64,000 nt of DNA, from positions 4,640,714 to 4,704,713 of the forward strand of contig CP154954.1 of assembly GCA_039621445.1 (NCBI GenBank). The letters are read 5' to 3'. The stretch comes from Euglena gracilis (Eukaryota). Every line of letters begins with the position of its first letter. The stretch's first letter is position 1. The translations under genes were made by a program, and so were the position numbers. Positions 10,512-21,900 of this stretch are shown piece by piece. A model generated the notes under the pieces. The model saw only the letters and a program-made list of their open reading frames with translations, was not told the origin of the DNA and made no database searches.

Positions 10512-12006
10512 ATGCCAGTACAATCCAAACTTTCACGAAGGGATTACAAAGGCCTGAACAAATTTGAACTTGCAATGGATTATGTGGAACTAGGCTACCG
10601 AGCCTTTTGCCTGAAAAACGGACCAATTCCCAAGAGCAAAGTACAAGGGTGGGCCATTGCAATTGGAATTGGAAATTCAATACGAAAAATCGGACGACCG
10701 TCGTACCTTGACACGCAGCAGTAACAGGAGGTTCTACGTCTGGTCAGTGAGGCGCGTGCTGGCGGCTGTCCTGTGGACTCTGAGGCGTTGACCATCCTTG
10801 GCGGGGAGGTGACGAAAACCCCACACGAACCAGCAGGCAGGGCTCTAACGAGATCATGGGCAAGGTTACTTTTTTTTCTCTCAAATTCATGTACCTTTTG
10901 TGTGCCAGATCTTTCAAACGGCGATTTGGTTTCACGAACCTCAGATCACCAAGTTCAGATCATCTTGACAGTTCACCTGAAGAAATTCAGCAGGACAACC
11001 TTTGGAAATCCACAGTGCAGGACATTATTGACCACCCAGGGAATCACGGACTGCAGTGGTGCGCTGGGCTTCCGGCTGACTTGGTGCTGGCGTTTGATGA
11101 AACGCCATTGCCGTACCTGCCCAAATCAAGAACAATGGTCCCCCGAACCAGGCAGCGGAGGGTGGCCCTGACTTCTGAGAAACGTTGCCTGACAGGAGCA
11201 CCTGTGGTCAGCATGCCTAGGAAAGTAGTTCTGTTTCAGGTCCCATTGTGCATTGCACATTGCGTGTTCCAAAATTTTTCACAGGTCATTTTCAGGGGGG
11301 CCAGTGTGAGATGTATGCCAAAGTTGCAGAATATTGAAGAAACACTACACCTAGACTTTGCAACCAGCAAGTGCCAAAGACAGATCACGTTTCAGAGGAT
11401 GCTGGCAGAACTACATGGTCGTACATGCATTTTGAAGTCCAGGCTAGGATTGGATTCTAAGACCCCCCGTGTTACTTATCGTGGACAACTCAAGTTCCCA
11501 CAATTGTGTTGGGATGACCCGTGTGACCAATGGTTCCTTGGGAATGATGAAGTTTGAAGACATTTTCGTCATCTTCACCCTCAGGAATCGATCTTTTGTA
11601 CAAAATGTTGGAGACCAGTTTGTGAACAGGTATTTTTTTTTGAAAAAAATTGGCTCCTCGTGTTTCTCTCCACAGATCTCCGAGGCAAGTCATCAAGGCC
11701 CAAGCAAAGCAGATTCTCATCAAGCACACTATGGATATCATCATGGGCATCATCCCCAGGTGCTTTTATTCTGAACAACCTGTCCATGTGTGTCTCAGGG
11801 GTGAACACTTCATCTGTGGAGAGAAAAAAATGAAGACCCTCCTTGTGCAATGGGTCCAAGAATGGTTGATGAACAAGAAGCCGGGGGCCTGGATCATGGC
11901 CTCGTGGGCTGCTGTACTGCAGCCCCTTCCTGTGGTTCAATTTGTTGACGAAGTTTCTGCACCTGCCAGAACAGAACATGAAATCAATTTGTTTTTCCAA
12001 AAATAG
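10512..12006 (+). pseudogene. pogo/Tigger-like (CENP-B HTH plus DDE_1) transposase with three short introns
   Basis: The spliced product gives SWARSFKRRFG, AFDETPL, LFQVIFRG, LLIVDNSSSH and NRSFVQNVGDQ. GT-AG introns at 10865-10908 (44 nt), 11240-11284 (45 nt) and 11630-11675 (46 nt). There is an in-frame TAA at 10722 and a frameshift near 11465. Confidence 0.85.
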
Positions 12007-12226
12007 TCATGTTCTGTTCTGGCATTGTCTGCAGTCATTCGGCTGCCCCCTGCAATGGACAATGAATGAGTTGTCTTTGGTTTTGATGTTTCACAGAGTC
12101 CTCCTTGTCATGTTTCAGAGTTCAACAGAATTTCTTTTTTTTTGCAGAAAGAAAGGTGCTATTTTAATGTGTCTGATCACAGAAGAAAAGGCCTGTGGGG
12201 GGCTCAGCTTTATGGGAGGGGTCTGG

Positions 12227-12888
12227 CAGGGTTGACGTTTTTTTTGTTTTTTTTAAAAAAAAACAAAAAAACATGTTTTTTTTTAAAAAAAACGCAAAAA
12301 AAAACATGTTTTTTTGAAAAAGCAAAATTTGACCTCTTTCCTTGCGAAATAGCCATTTTTTGAAGAAAATTTTTCGGGGGTGGTTCGGGTCACGGGGGGG
12401 GGGTCACGAGGGGGGTAACGGGGAACATCATATTTTCGGTGGCCAAATTAGGAATCACCAAAAACGAATTTTGGGGAAAAAATCCTTTTTAGGCTCCAAA
12501 TTTGGAATCCCCAACCTAAAATTAGCATTTTGACACCAAATTAGGCATCACCATTCCAAATTTTGCGAAATTTATGCCTCAAAATTAGGAATCTACCTGA
12601 AAATTTTGTAAAATTAGGCATCACAGGCCCTCTAAAATTTTTTATGTGTAAAAGTATGTATTTCCAAATCTGTGTTTTCTGGTGCGAAAAATCATGCTTT
12701 CAACCCAAAAAAAAACAAAAAAATTAATGTTGCAGAGATAAAAAATGAACTTTTTTCTAAAAAAACATTGCAAAAAATTTTTCCCCCAAACCCTCCATGA
12801 CGTTTTTTTTGTTTTTTTTAAAAAAAAACTTATTTTTTTAAAAAAAACATGTTTTTTTTGTTTCAAAAAAAACAAGCCGTCAACCTTG
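12227..12888. mobile_element. hAT-like MITE, family 1
   Basis: TIR CAGGGTTGACG / CGTCAACCTTG with 8-bp TSD GGGTCTGG. Confidence 0.85.
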
Positions 12889-12896
12889 GGGTCTGG

Positions 12897-13005
12897 GCTG
12901 TATGGGAAGGGGGGCTGGGCTTTACGGGAAGGCCTGGGGGGGGGGCTGGGCTTTACGGGAAGGCTGGGGGGGGGGGGGGGCTGGGCTTTATGGGAAGGCC
13001 TGGGG
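12897..13005 (+). repeat. G-rich ~29-bp tandem array (gctgggctttacgggaaggcctg(g)n); its start near 12190 is split off by the hAT MITE
   Basis: Direct repeats visible in the sequence. Confidence 0.85.
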
Positions 13006-13028
13006 CAGCATTCCGGTCGTCAAAAAGG

Positions 13029-13520
13029 ATGACTTTTGTCAATCGTAAAAAACAGCCATTTACCACTCCCCCCCCCCCTGATTGACACCCCCCCATAATT
13101 GACACCCCCCCCCCTCCCGACCGACAATTTTTTCAGCCGCTCGCGTCTTTTCCGCCGGGGTTTGTCAGGAGTCCCTTGTATTTTGCCTTGTCGGTTCGGA
13201 CCCCCCCCATAATTGACACCCCCCCATAATTGACACTACCTGGGGGGTTTGGAGGGTGTCGGGGGTGTCAATTATGGGGGGGGGTATCCTCGTCAGTCAG
13301 AAAGACAGGGAATTATTTACATCGGTTTTGGCAAAAATTTTGCGGCGAGACCATTAGAGCATAAATGCTGCCCCGTCATTTATGGGTCCGGCTTTTACTG
13401 CCTGAGGGCAAAGAACCATGAATTCGTCGGCAGGAACAACGGTGGAAGAAAAATTTTGGGCTAAAGCTTATGAGCTGGATGGGCCAGACGTTCCTCAGAT
13501 CGCCAGTAACAAGGAACCGT
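13029..13520 (+). pseudogene. Putative GIY-YIG nuclease, interrupted by a MITE and frameshifted
   Basis: Removing the MITE at 13063-13284 (plus one TA) gives TAIYPRQSERQGIIYIGFGKNFAARPLEHK. VEEKFWAKAYELDGP..N follows in a shifted frame. Confidence 0.55.
13063..13284. mobile_element. TA-flanked MITE with C/G-tract ends and ataattgacacccc motifs
   Basis: TA|ccactcccc...gggg|TA, with inverted internal motifs. Confidence 0.75.
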
Positions 13521-13524
13521 ACCA

Positions 13525-13860
13525 AACTGGGCACAACCTCTGCCAACCCCCCCTGTGGCACCAAAATTGGGCAACAGCCGTGGCACAAAACTGGCCACCA
13601 CCTGTGCCAACCCCCCCTGTGGCACCAAACTGGGCAACACCCGTGGCACAAAACTGGCCAGCACCTGTGCCAACCCCCCCGTGGCACAAAACTGACAACA
13701 CCCGTAGCACCAAATTGCGCACCTGTGGCCCAAAACTGGCCACGGCCTATGGCCCAAAACTGGCCACCAAATCTGGCCCAAAACTGGCCAGATGTGCTGG
13801 CCCAAAACTGGCCAGATGTGGTGGCCCAAAACTGGCCAGCACACCTGTGGCCCAAACCTC
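13525..13860 (+). repeat. Tandem ~21-24 bp repeats (gtggcccaaaactggcca..); a related copy lies at 4300-4385
   Basis: Direct repeats; they read VAQNWP or GPKLA depending on frame. Confidence 0.85.
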
Positions 13861-13976
13861 CCCCAAGATGTGGCACCAAAAAAATGATTCAAATCAATGT
13901 AAATCAAATCCGAACCAGATTATCATTTCGTTGCAAACAAAACGGACAGACAAACAAAAAAACTTCAAGGTTCAAG

Positions 13977-14375
13977 TCACAGCAACAGGAAGCAGAACGT
14001 TGCCTCTGATGGTCGTAGCGAAAACAACATGGAACAGTTTAGTAGGGACATGTTCAGGTCCAGATTACCACCTTCCAAGACCTTCAAAACCTTCCAGTTG
14101 CTTCATTTCACTTCAAGCATGGACTTCAACAATTGCTTCCGTGAGATCTGTAGGAGAGAGAAGTAAATTCACTGACAGAATTCTTTGGCAAACCTTTGTC
14201 CTCAGCGGGGAGCTTCACAGTACAAGTCCAACATAAAATTCCAATCCTTCTGATAATGAGCCCTCATTCGGGTCGGATTGGCACTGGAAGAAGAAGTTCA
14301 GAACAGGGGTCAGATTTTGTGAAATACCAGGAAGGCGGACATTAATTTGGGATTGGCGATTCCAAACGCGAACGG
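13977..14375 (-). pseudogene. Spliced pseudogene of unknown product
   Basis: Phase-0 GT-AG introns at 14327-14284 (44 nt) and 14193-14148 (46 nt) join one frame (..LMSAFL|CQSDPNEGSLSEGLEFYVGLVL*SSPLRTK|ISRKQLLKSMLEVK*..), which contains TGA stops. Confidence 0.4.
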
Positions 14376-14464
14376 GGGTTTTTGTTTTTGACAAATGTCT
14401 AAATGTCATATTAATGTCAATTGTCTGTCAGAAACCCTTGTCATTTGCCAAAATTGGGAATGCT

Positions 14465-14652
14465 GGCCTGGGGGGGGGTGCTGGGCTTTACGGGAAGGCC
14501 TGGGGGCTGGGCTGGGCTTTACGGGAAGGCCTGGGGGGGGGCTGGGCTTTACGGGAAGGCCTGGGGGGGGGGGGCTGGGCTTTACGGGAAGGCCTGGGGG
14601 TGGGGCTGGGCTTTACGGGAAGGCCTGGTGGGGGGGGTGGGCTTTACGGGAA
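14465..14652 (+). repeat. Second G-rich ~29-bp array (gctgggctttacgggaaggcctg(g)n, ~6 units)
   Basis: Same unit as 12897-13005. Confidence 0.9.
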
Positions 14653-15131
14653 GCAATCACCCACCAGGAGATGCTTGGTCGGGAATTGTATGTCTCTGAT
14701 GTCATTCTGCCTGAGACCTTTATGCTGCCAAGGTCTGCATGCTGCATCCAGTTTCTGAGATTATGCGCTTATCTATTTTCCCTTGGAAGCAGTCATCTTC
14801 ACACAAAACTGTTCACTCTTACCGTGAGTTTGAGTTTTCCAATTTTTTATGTTGGTTTCTTTTGGTTTGCTGTTCATTTATTGATTTTTTTTAATTTTTG
14901 AAAATCACTTCTCTGAAAAAGAAAAAATTTTTAAAAAAAAGTTTTAGGCAAAAATTTATTATTTTTTTTAAATTTTTTTTAAAATTTTTTCCTAAAATGC
15001 ATTTTGGAAAAATAAACGTAAAAGATTTTTGTCAAAAAATCTTCGAAAAATGTTTAGAACAGTTTCCAGAAAACTTTTTCGAAAATATTTTTAGATTTTT
15101 TTTCTTCTGTTTTGTATTAAAAGTGTAAAGG

Positions 15132-15491
15132 CAGGGGGGGAAGTGCAACTTGCATAATTTGCACTTTTTTTTTGCAGGGGGTGTTCCCCCCGCGTCCCCC
15201 CCGCGTCCCCCCCCGCGTCCCCCCCCGTCCCGGATTTTGGCTGGGCACGTTTTTTGGTCGACCAAAGGAAAATTACACACAAATTTAGGTGACGCCAAAG
15301 AAAACGTGTGGGGGTGGTTGGGCCACGGTTCCCCCCCGCGTCCCCCCCGCGTCCCCCCCCGCGTCCCCCCCCGCGTCCCCCCCCGCGTCCCGAACCACCC
15401 CCGCATAATCGGCTTTTCCCGAAATTTGCATTTTTTTCATTTTTTTGACTTGCATAATTTGAAGGGCCCAGTTGCATTCCCCCCCCCCCCG
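15132..15491. mobile_element. MITE with CAGGGGGG..TGCAAC TIR and 7-bp TSD GTAAAGG
   Basis: TSD at 15125-15131 and 15492-15498; same family as 34031-34258. Confidence 0.75.
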
Positions 15492-17073
15492 GTAAAGGTT
15501 TCTTTAAAAAATTTTGTTCGTTTTAAAACCTTCTTTGAAATGTTAGGTGCGCATTTCTTTCCCTGTCTTTTCCAATAAATAAACAGAATTTGGTCCCAAT
15601 CTCTTTCCAGTGAACAGATTTGCGCCCGATTTTCTATATTATATTGGATCCCCCTTGGACGCTTCATGGCACAATGCGTTTTCACAATCGCCTGGGCATC
15701 CATCCTCAGTGTTGTTTTTTTTTTTGAAAGGAAACAAAAAAAAACTCACCTTTGCTGTTTTTTCCACCAAGTCCAGGCATCAATACGGCTCTAATACAAT
15801 AAGCTCAATAATAAAAAACAAAAAAAAATGGGTTTGAACGATTTTTTAACGTTTTTTTTTGAAAATTGCATTTCACGGGCCCGATTTTGGAGGGACAATA
15901 TGGGGGGGGGGACAATATGGGGGGGGTAAAGGGCTATGGATCAAAGATCGCGTGGTCCAGTCTGCTTTGTTTGTTAAGTTCAATCTTTTGGAGTTTGGGG
16001 ATCCACTCCTCATCCCTCTGGCATTGAGGGTAAAGCCAACTTATCATCATGCGCAAGACCTTGGCAAGGCCTCTTTTCACAATGTGTGCATACGGAAATG
16101 GTCTTTTTTTGGGCGTGGTCATCCAAACAATTGGAAATCTTCCCCAATGGGCCAAATTCGTTCATGTTGGAAAAAATGGACCAAGATGCCAAATCTTTCT
16201 AAGTCCTCAAAATCCTCCGAAAAATGGCCAAAACTCGTCAAAATTTGTAAAATCTGTCAAATTCTGGTGAACTTGTAACAACATTGCGGAAAAAACACCT
16301 GGGTGTCCTCATGGTGAGTCCGGAGGATGTCGAAAGAGGCCTACATTTGTGGACCTTAGTGTGCCAACGTCCTCGGAGGAAGAATGCTCCGAGGCTCGTT
16401 CCTTTTGGAACCTGCATTGACCGTCCGCTGACCCACTGAGTGATTCATATGTGATAACAAGGAAGCCGTTGCAAAGTTTACACTGCTTTCATCCTCCCTT
16501 GCATTTTACAATGTGGTTGGATTTTCGTGCTTCCATTTAGGTTTGCCAGGTTTGTCATTTGGGGCACTCAAATGGTTCATTCAAGGGCAACACACATGGA
16601 GAACACATCAAATACTCATCTTCCGGTGGGGCGGGATTTGGATTGAAGTTGGAAGAAGTTAGATTGAGGTTGAAGTGAGGTTGAAGTTTGAGAACTTCTC
16701 TCCACTTCAATCCAGCCCAGTGCTCTGTGACCTCGGGGGGGCCGGCGCCTCCGCCCGAGGACGCGTCGTCCCGCCCTGGGCTATCGACACCGGTACAACG
16801 GTCAACGGGATGTGGACCTCCGTGTTTCGTGCTGCGCAGCAGGGCTGGCGGGGGGGCGCGTTGTTTGTCCCCGCGGGCCCCGGAGGGGGGGGGGGTTGTA
16901 AAACCCCGCGGTAATTGTCGTCGCGGCAATTACCCACCCGCGGTAATTGTCGGTCCTCGGTATGGGTGTCATATGCCATGAACCATAAAGCATTCTGGGC
17001 ATGAGAAAAACAGTGTTGAGATGGGGGTTATGGACAAGCCGTGTCAAGGGCAGGGGGCATAGTGCCCACCCAC

Positions 17074-18139
17074 CAGACGTTTTTTTAAAAAAACAAAAGG
17101 CCATGTTTCTTTTAAAAAAAACCACCAAAAAAACATGTTTTTTTTAAGGAAAGCAAGAATTGACCTTTTTCCTTGCAAAATGGCCTTTTTTTGAGTCAAA
17201 AGTTCTGTGGGTGGTTCGGGTCATTGGGGGGGGGGGGTCACGGGGGAACACCACATTTTCGGTGACCAAATTAGGAATCACCGAAAACGAATTTTTGGGG
17301 GAAATCCTAAATTTAGGAATACCCACACCCAAAATAGGATTTTGACACCAAATTAGGAATCACCATTCCAAATTTTGCAAAATTAATGCCTCAAAATTAG
17401 GAATCTAGCTGAAAAAATTGTCAGATTAGTCATCACCGGCCAAATTTTTTCAGAAAAAGAATTGGCCGAAAAGGGTCTCAGGTCGGGTCACAGGGGGGGG
17501 GTCACGGGGGAACACCCCCTCTAAAGTCGTTTTTTTTGTCATGGTTTTATGTCCGCACATAACGTGACCCCCCCCCCCCCTATATGGCACCCCCTCGGGA
17601 GCGTTTTGACCCCCCTGGCGACCATCAGGGGGGGTGACAAATAGGGGGGGGGGTTACTCAATTACCCCACATTTCCATGGGTCCATGGGTAACCCCCCCC
17701 CTAATTGTCACCCCCACAAGGGGGGGGCGACTATTAGGGGGGGGTGACAAATAGGGGGGGGTCACGTTATGTGAAAGTAACGTGACCCCCCCTTATGACA
17801 CCCGTTTTGACCCCCCCTGGCGACAATTAGGGAGGGTGACAAATTAGGGGGGGTTATTCAATTTACCCCACATGTCCATGGGTCCATGGGTACTCCCCCC
17901 CCCTAATTGTCGCCCCCCAAGGGGGGGCGACAATCAGGAGGGGGTGACACATAGGGGGGGGGGTCACGTTATTTCAAGTCTGTCTTTTCTGTTGCAAAAA
18001 ATCATGCTTTCAACATCCCAAAAAAAATGAATGCTGCACAGATAAAAAATGAATTTTTTTATAAAAAAAAACGTTTCAAAAAATTGTCCCCCAAACCCCC
18101 CATGACGTTTTTTTTTAAAAAAAACGGGCCGTCAACCTG
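17074..18139. mobile_element. hAT-like MITE, family 1, second copy, with two nested MITEs
   Basis: 8-bp TSD CCACCCAC, right TIR cgtcaacctg, and a body homologous to 12227-12888. Confidence 0.82.
17562..17969. mobile_element. Two adjacent TA-flanked MITEs (17562-17767 and 17780-17969), TIR ACGTGACCCCC
   Basis: TA|acgtgacccc...ggggtcacgt|TA occurs twice; both are absent from the 12.2-kb hAT copy. Confidence 0.85.
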
Positions 18140-18199
18140 CCACCCACCGCACGAGCTGGATCTGGAAAGCTGGAGGCTGAATTTTTTTTAGGAGGGATC

Positions 18200-18960
18200 A
18201 GCCGACAGGGCTACATCGTTGAAAAAGTGTCCCCGAATGGAAGGAGTGCAGTCGAACAGCTTTGGAGCTTAATGCACCCCGTTGTGAGGTTGACGGCCGA
18301 GCTGGGTGCAGTGGGTCCGCCCCTTTGATGACGTCGGTGTTGTGCCCTTCGCTCATCCCATAGTCCAGAAAGATCTCCGGAGGAGGAGAGGAAAAAGCTG
18401 GTGCGTGTGCAATGAGGATGGGCAGAGCTTCAGGTCAATACCAAACACAGACACACCCATCCCCATGTCAGCCATTCCCCAACACAAACAAACGTTCAAG
18501 TGTTGCTTTAGTGTTTGCTTTGTGTTTGCTTTCTGTTTTGAAATTGATTTCCCATTGAGCAGTTGAGCATGCATTTGCGGTTCTAGAAGAAATTGTCACC
18601 AATATCACCTGCCATTGTTTTTTTTGTATGTATGCAGGACACACCGACTCGTCTGGAAACACCCACAATGCACACCCTGCCGGTAGCCGAGGCCCTCACT
18701 CACATACACCGCCGTCTCCACGCAGCGGAGAAATGGGGCGGTCACCACCACGCCGATGTCGGCAGATCGCAGCACACGGCCTGCTGCCAGCACCGCCTCG
18801 CGCCCCGCGATTGTAAGAGGCGCAAACACCACCCCTCTGACCTCGTCTTGCCATACCCCCCCCCCCCCCGACACTGCCTCCAGACAAATGAGCAAGGACA
18901 GAGGTTGTCAGTGACTGGCCATGGCCGACCACGGATCCAACCACAGAAATATTGCGGATG
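18200..18960 (-). pseudogene. Histidine-phosphatase (phosphoglycerate mutase-like) superfamily gene remnant
   Basis: VVGHGQS (degenerate RHG motif), a frameshift in the G-run near 18860, then APLTIAGREAVLAAGRVLRSADIGVVVTAPFLRCVETAVYVSEGLG, and downstream PEIFLDYGMSE (~18385-18350). Confidence 0.65.
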
Positions 18961-21900
18961 CAGTCGCAACCTGACTCTAAATGGAACGGAATAGAATATG
19001 GAATTTGCAATATGGACGCATATTTGCCAGAAAAATCTGTCCCGACAGGGTACTTGGATACCATGGAAAGACGCCCAATAAGACCCCCTGTGTGCACTGT
19101 GGCCCAATAAGACCCCCCCCTGACGGCGCGATATTGTACCAGGTTTTGTGTAGTGCTATTTACCTATTTATCTCAGGGGGTCTTATTTTGGGGGGGGTCT
19201 CATTTGGGGGGGGGTTAATTCTGAAAAAACCTAGGAGGGTCCAGCCAAAATTTCCCAGGTGTATTTTTGAAAATAAAGTCGGGGGGGGCAGCCAAAATTT
19301 CCTAACCGTAATTCTGAAAATACCCAGCGGAGTCCAGCCAAAGTTTCTGTGATTGATGTGTTTCCTTACCGGCACTACGTTTTGCCCTGTAATCACTGTG
19401 GCAACCTGTGCGCCAAGCAATCATCCCCCCCACCTCAGAAACTCCTCAGAAATGCGCTTGCCCCCACTCAACCGTGATTTTATTGCAGCCAGCAGTTGTG
19501 CCTCTTATCCCTCTTCAGCCAAGGAGATTTTTGTATCTGGGGTCACATTCACATACTTTTCTGGACAAAATACATTCCCATACTGGACGCTGGGTTTTGG
19601 ATGGAACCGGCGTCCCTAACCCCCTTTTTTTGGACAGAACCGGCGTCTGGAACACCCGTGGGGGGAGGGAACGCCGGTTCTGTCCTGAACCCGGTGTCCC
19701 AAACACCGGTTTGTTTTTTTGGCACTTTTAGCCCCCAACACCACGTTTCGGCACTTTTCACACCCAAATTGCATCGCCATTGTTTGGTTGTGTGCTGCTC
19801 TCCACAGCTGCCACCCGTCCCACAATGCCCTGCCACAACCTTTCACTTGTGCGCCCCAACAGCGCTGATGTGCGGGTGGAGTGGAAGGGCCCCATGGCAT
19901 CCAAGGTCATGCCCAGGCCACGTCTGTTTGCGTTTCTGGAAGCAATAGGATTGGATGGATCCCCCCCTGCCGAGACAGTGGTCTGTGTCTGCTCAAGGTC
20001 CTGCAGTCCCATCAGCAGCAATGCAAAGGCTCAGCTGTCTGGGCTGTCGTCTGATTTTGACTCGGATGGCAGCAAATTCACAACAATTTGTCAGTTTTGG
20101 GCCGTCTGCCAGCCGTGTGACTCACAGGAAAAGGTCATGTTTATTGTTGGTGGGGGTTGCATTTCAAGGTTGCATTGGGGTCTTTTTGCATTTTTTTTTT
20201 GCACAGTTTTTTTGGCAGTTTTGGAACTTTTTTGGTTTATTTCAACGAGTTTGTTCCAATTTGGATGAATTTCATGGTCGCCTTGAGCACCAGCGTCGGA
20301 ATAACTTTTTCTGTGACCAAAATTGGACCACATTCTTTTTTTCCCCGGCGCGAAGCGCTGAGGAAATTTTTCTTGGCACAACCAAAATACATTTTTTTTT
20401 GTCCTCCCGGCTCCTTCGGGGCCGAGACGCTAACGCCTTTTTGAAGTCCAATGCCCCCAAAAAATTGAACTAGAAAACTAGAAAAGCGAAATCATGGGTA
20501 GAACCCCTTTGGAAACCTCTCTACTCAAGACCCGCTTGCTTGTGCAGTAGGGATCGAGGTCAAAAAACATCCCACAGAGGACAAGCCAGTATAAGATCAA
20601 TGCAATCCTTTTTTTCAACCCCCAAAGCTTCACAGTGCAATGGCTCCGTTTTCATATACACTTTCATCTCTTGGGGTTTTCTCCCTCCGCTTTCCCCCCC
20701 CCCCCCCTTTATTTGACCCCCCCCCCCTTAATTGGGCATTTGGGTCCAGGGAATTTTTTTTTTCCATGCGCTGAAGGCGCCGAAAATTTTTTTTGCCCTT
20801 TTTCTAAAGGAATTTTTGACCCCCCCTTATTTGACCCCCCCCTTATTTGAGCATTTGGGGGGTCCGTTGGCCCGTGGGTGTGCTCAAATAAAGGGGGGGG
20901 GGTAGTTTTCATGCCAAGTGGGACGGTCTGTGTGGGTGTTGTGTTGTGCAATGTGGAGTGGTTCTTGGGTTGTCACAATAAAGTTTTTTTCAAATTTCAT
21001 AAGTTTCATAAATTTCAAAGTACTAACTACTAACTGTAAGTTACCGAAAGTTACAGCTATGTAATTTATTAATCTTAAATTAAGCAAAATTTACAATGCT
21101 ACTTTCTTTGACCCAAAGTCAATGGGTTTCAGGCCAAAAACGGGGCGCTGGCGGGTTGAAAAACACTCAATTTCGGCTCGAAAACAGGTTTTCCGGGTCT
21201 GGGAGGCCAAACATGGTTTCGAGCAAAATATATTTTTCGATTTTTTCTGGACATTTTTCACCCAAAAATGGCCAAAAACGGTAAACCTCCCCCTCCCACC
21301 TATAAGAAACCCGTTTCAAATTGGTGGGTTTCCAAAAAATGATCCGAGGGGTTTCTTATATGTAGGGGTTTCTTATAGGTGGGTTTCAATGTCCGTAAAA
21401 AAAACTTCGAGCTGACAAAAGGCCGAAAGTGGCCAAAAGCAAACAAAAATTTCCGTTCGGCGCCTTCGGCGCCGTTCAAAGCTCCCCGGGAGTTTCTTAT
21501 AGGTGGGCGTCGGTCCAAAAATCCCCAAAGGGTTTCTTGGTGGGGGTTTCTTATAGAGGGGGGGTTCTTATAAGTGGGGGGGTTATACCGATATACAGGT
21601 CAAAGCAGCCCAAAACTGTACAAAATGGTCAAAACTGGCCCAAAAACGACTGCAACTCGGGCTAGGCGGGGAGTTGCGGAGAAATCAAAATACCGTTAGA
21701 TAGAGCATTGAAAGAGCTTCAAATTAGGTCTCCGGACATTTCCTTTGATTTTGCTTCATTTCCGAGATATTTTGGAAACATCAATTTTTTGACCCTGAAA
21801 TGAGCCAAAAACTGGCTGAAAAGTTGCCATAAATCAGGCTACACGAAGAGTTGGGGGAAAGGTAAACCATGATTGGATAGGGCATTCCAAGGGCTTCATT

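Noticed and set aside
10722-10724. In-frame TAA/TGA as evidence of a reassigned genetic code
   Set aside because: The genes also carry frameshifts, and intact RT ORFs end normally at TAA/TGA. Simple decay explains it.
13525-13860. Repeat arrays as CRISPR
   Set aside because: Contiguous degenerate tandem repeats without unique spacers, no cas genes, and a eukaryotic context.
14000-14030. LFSLRPSEA as a tyrosine-recombinase box
   Set aside because: No downstream HxxR or Y motifs, and the frame ends shortly after.
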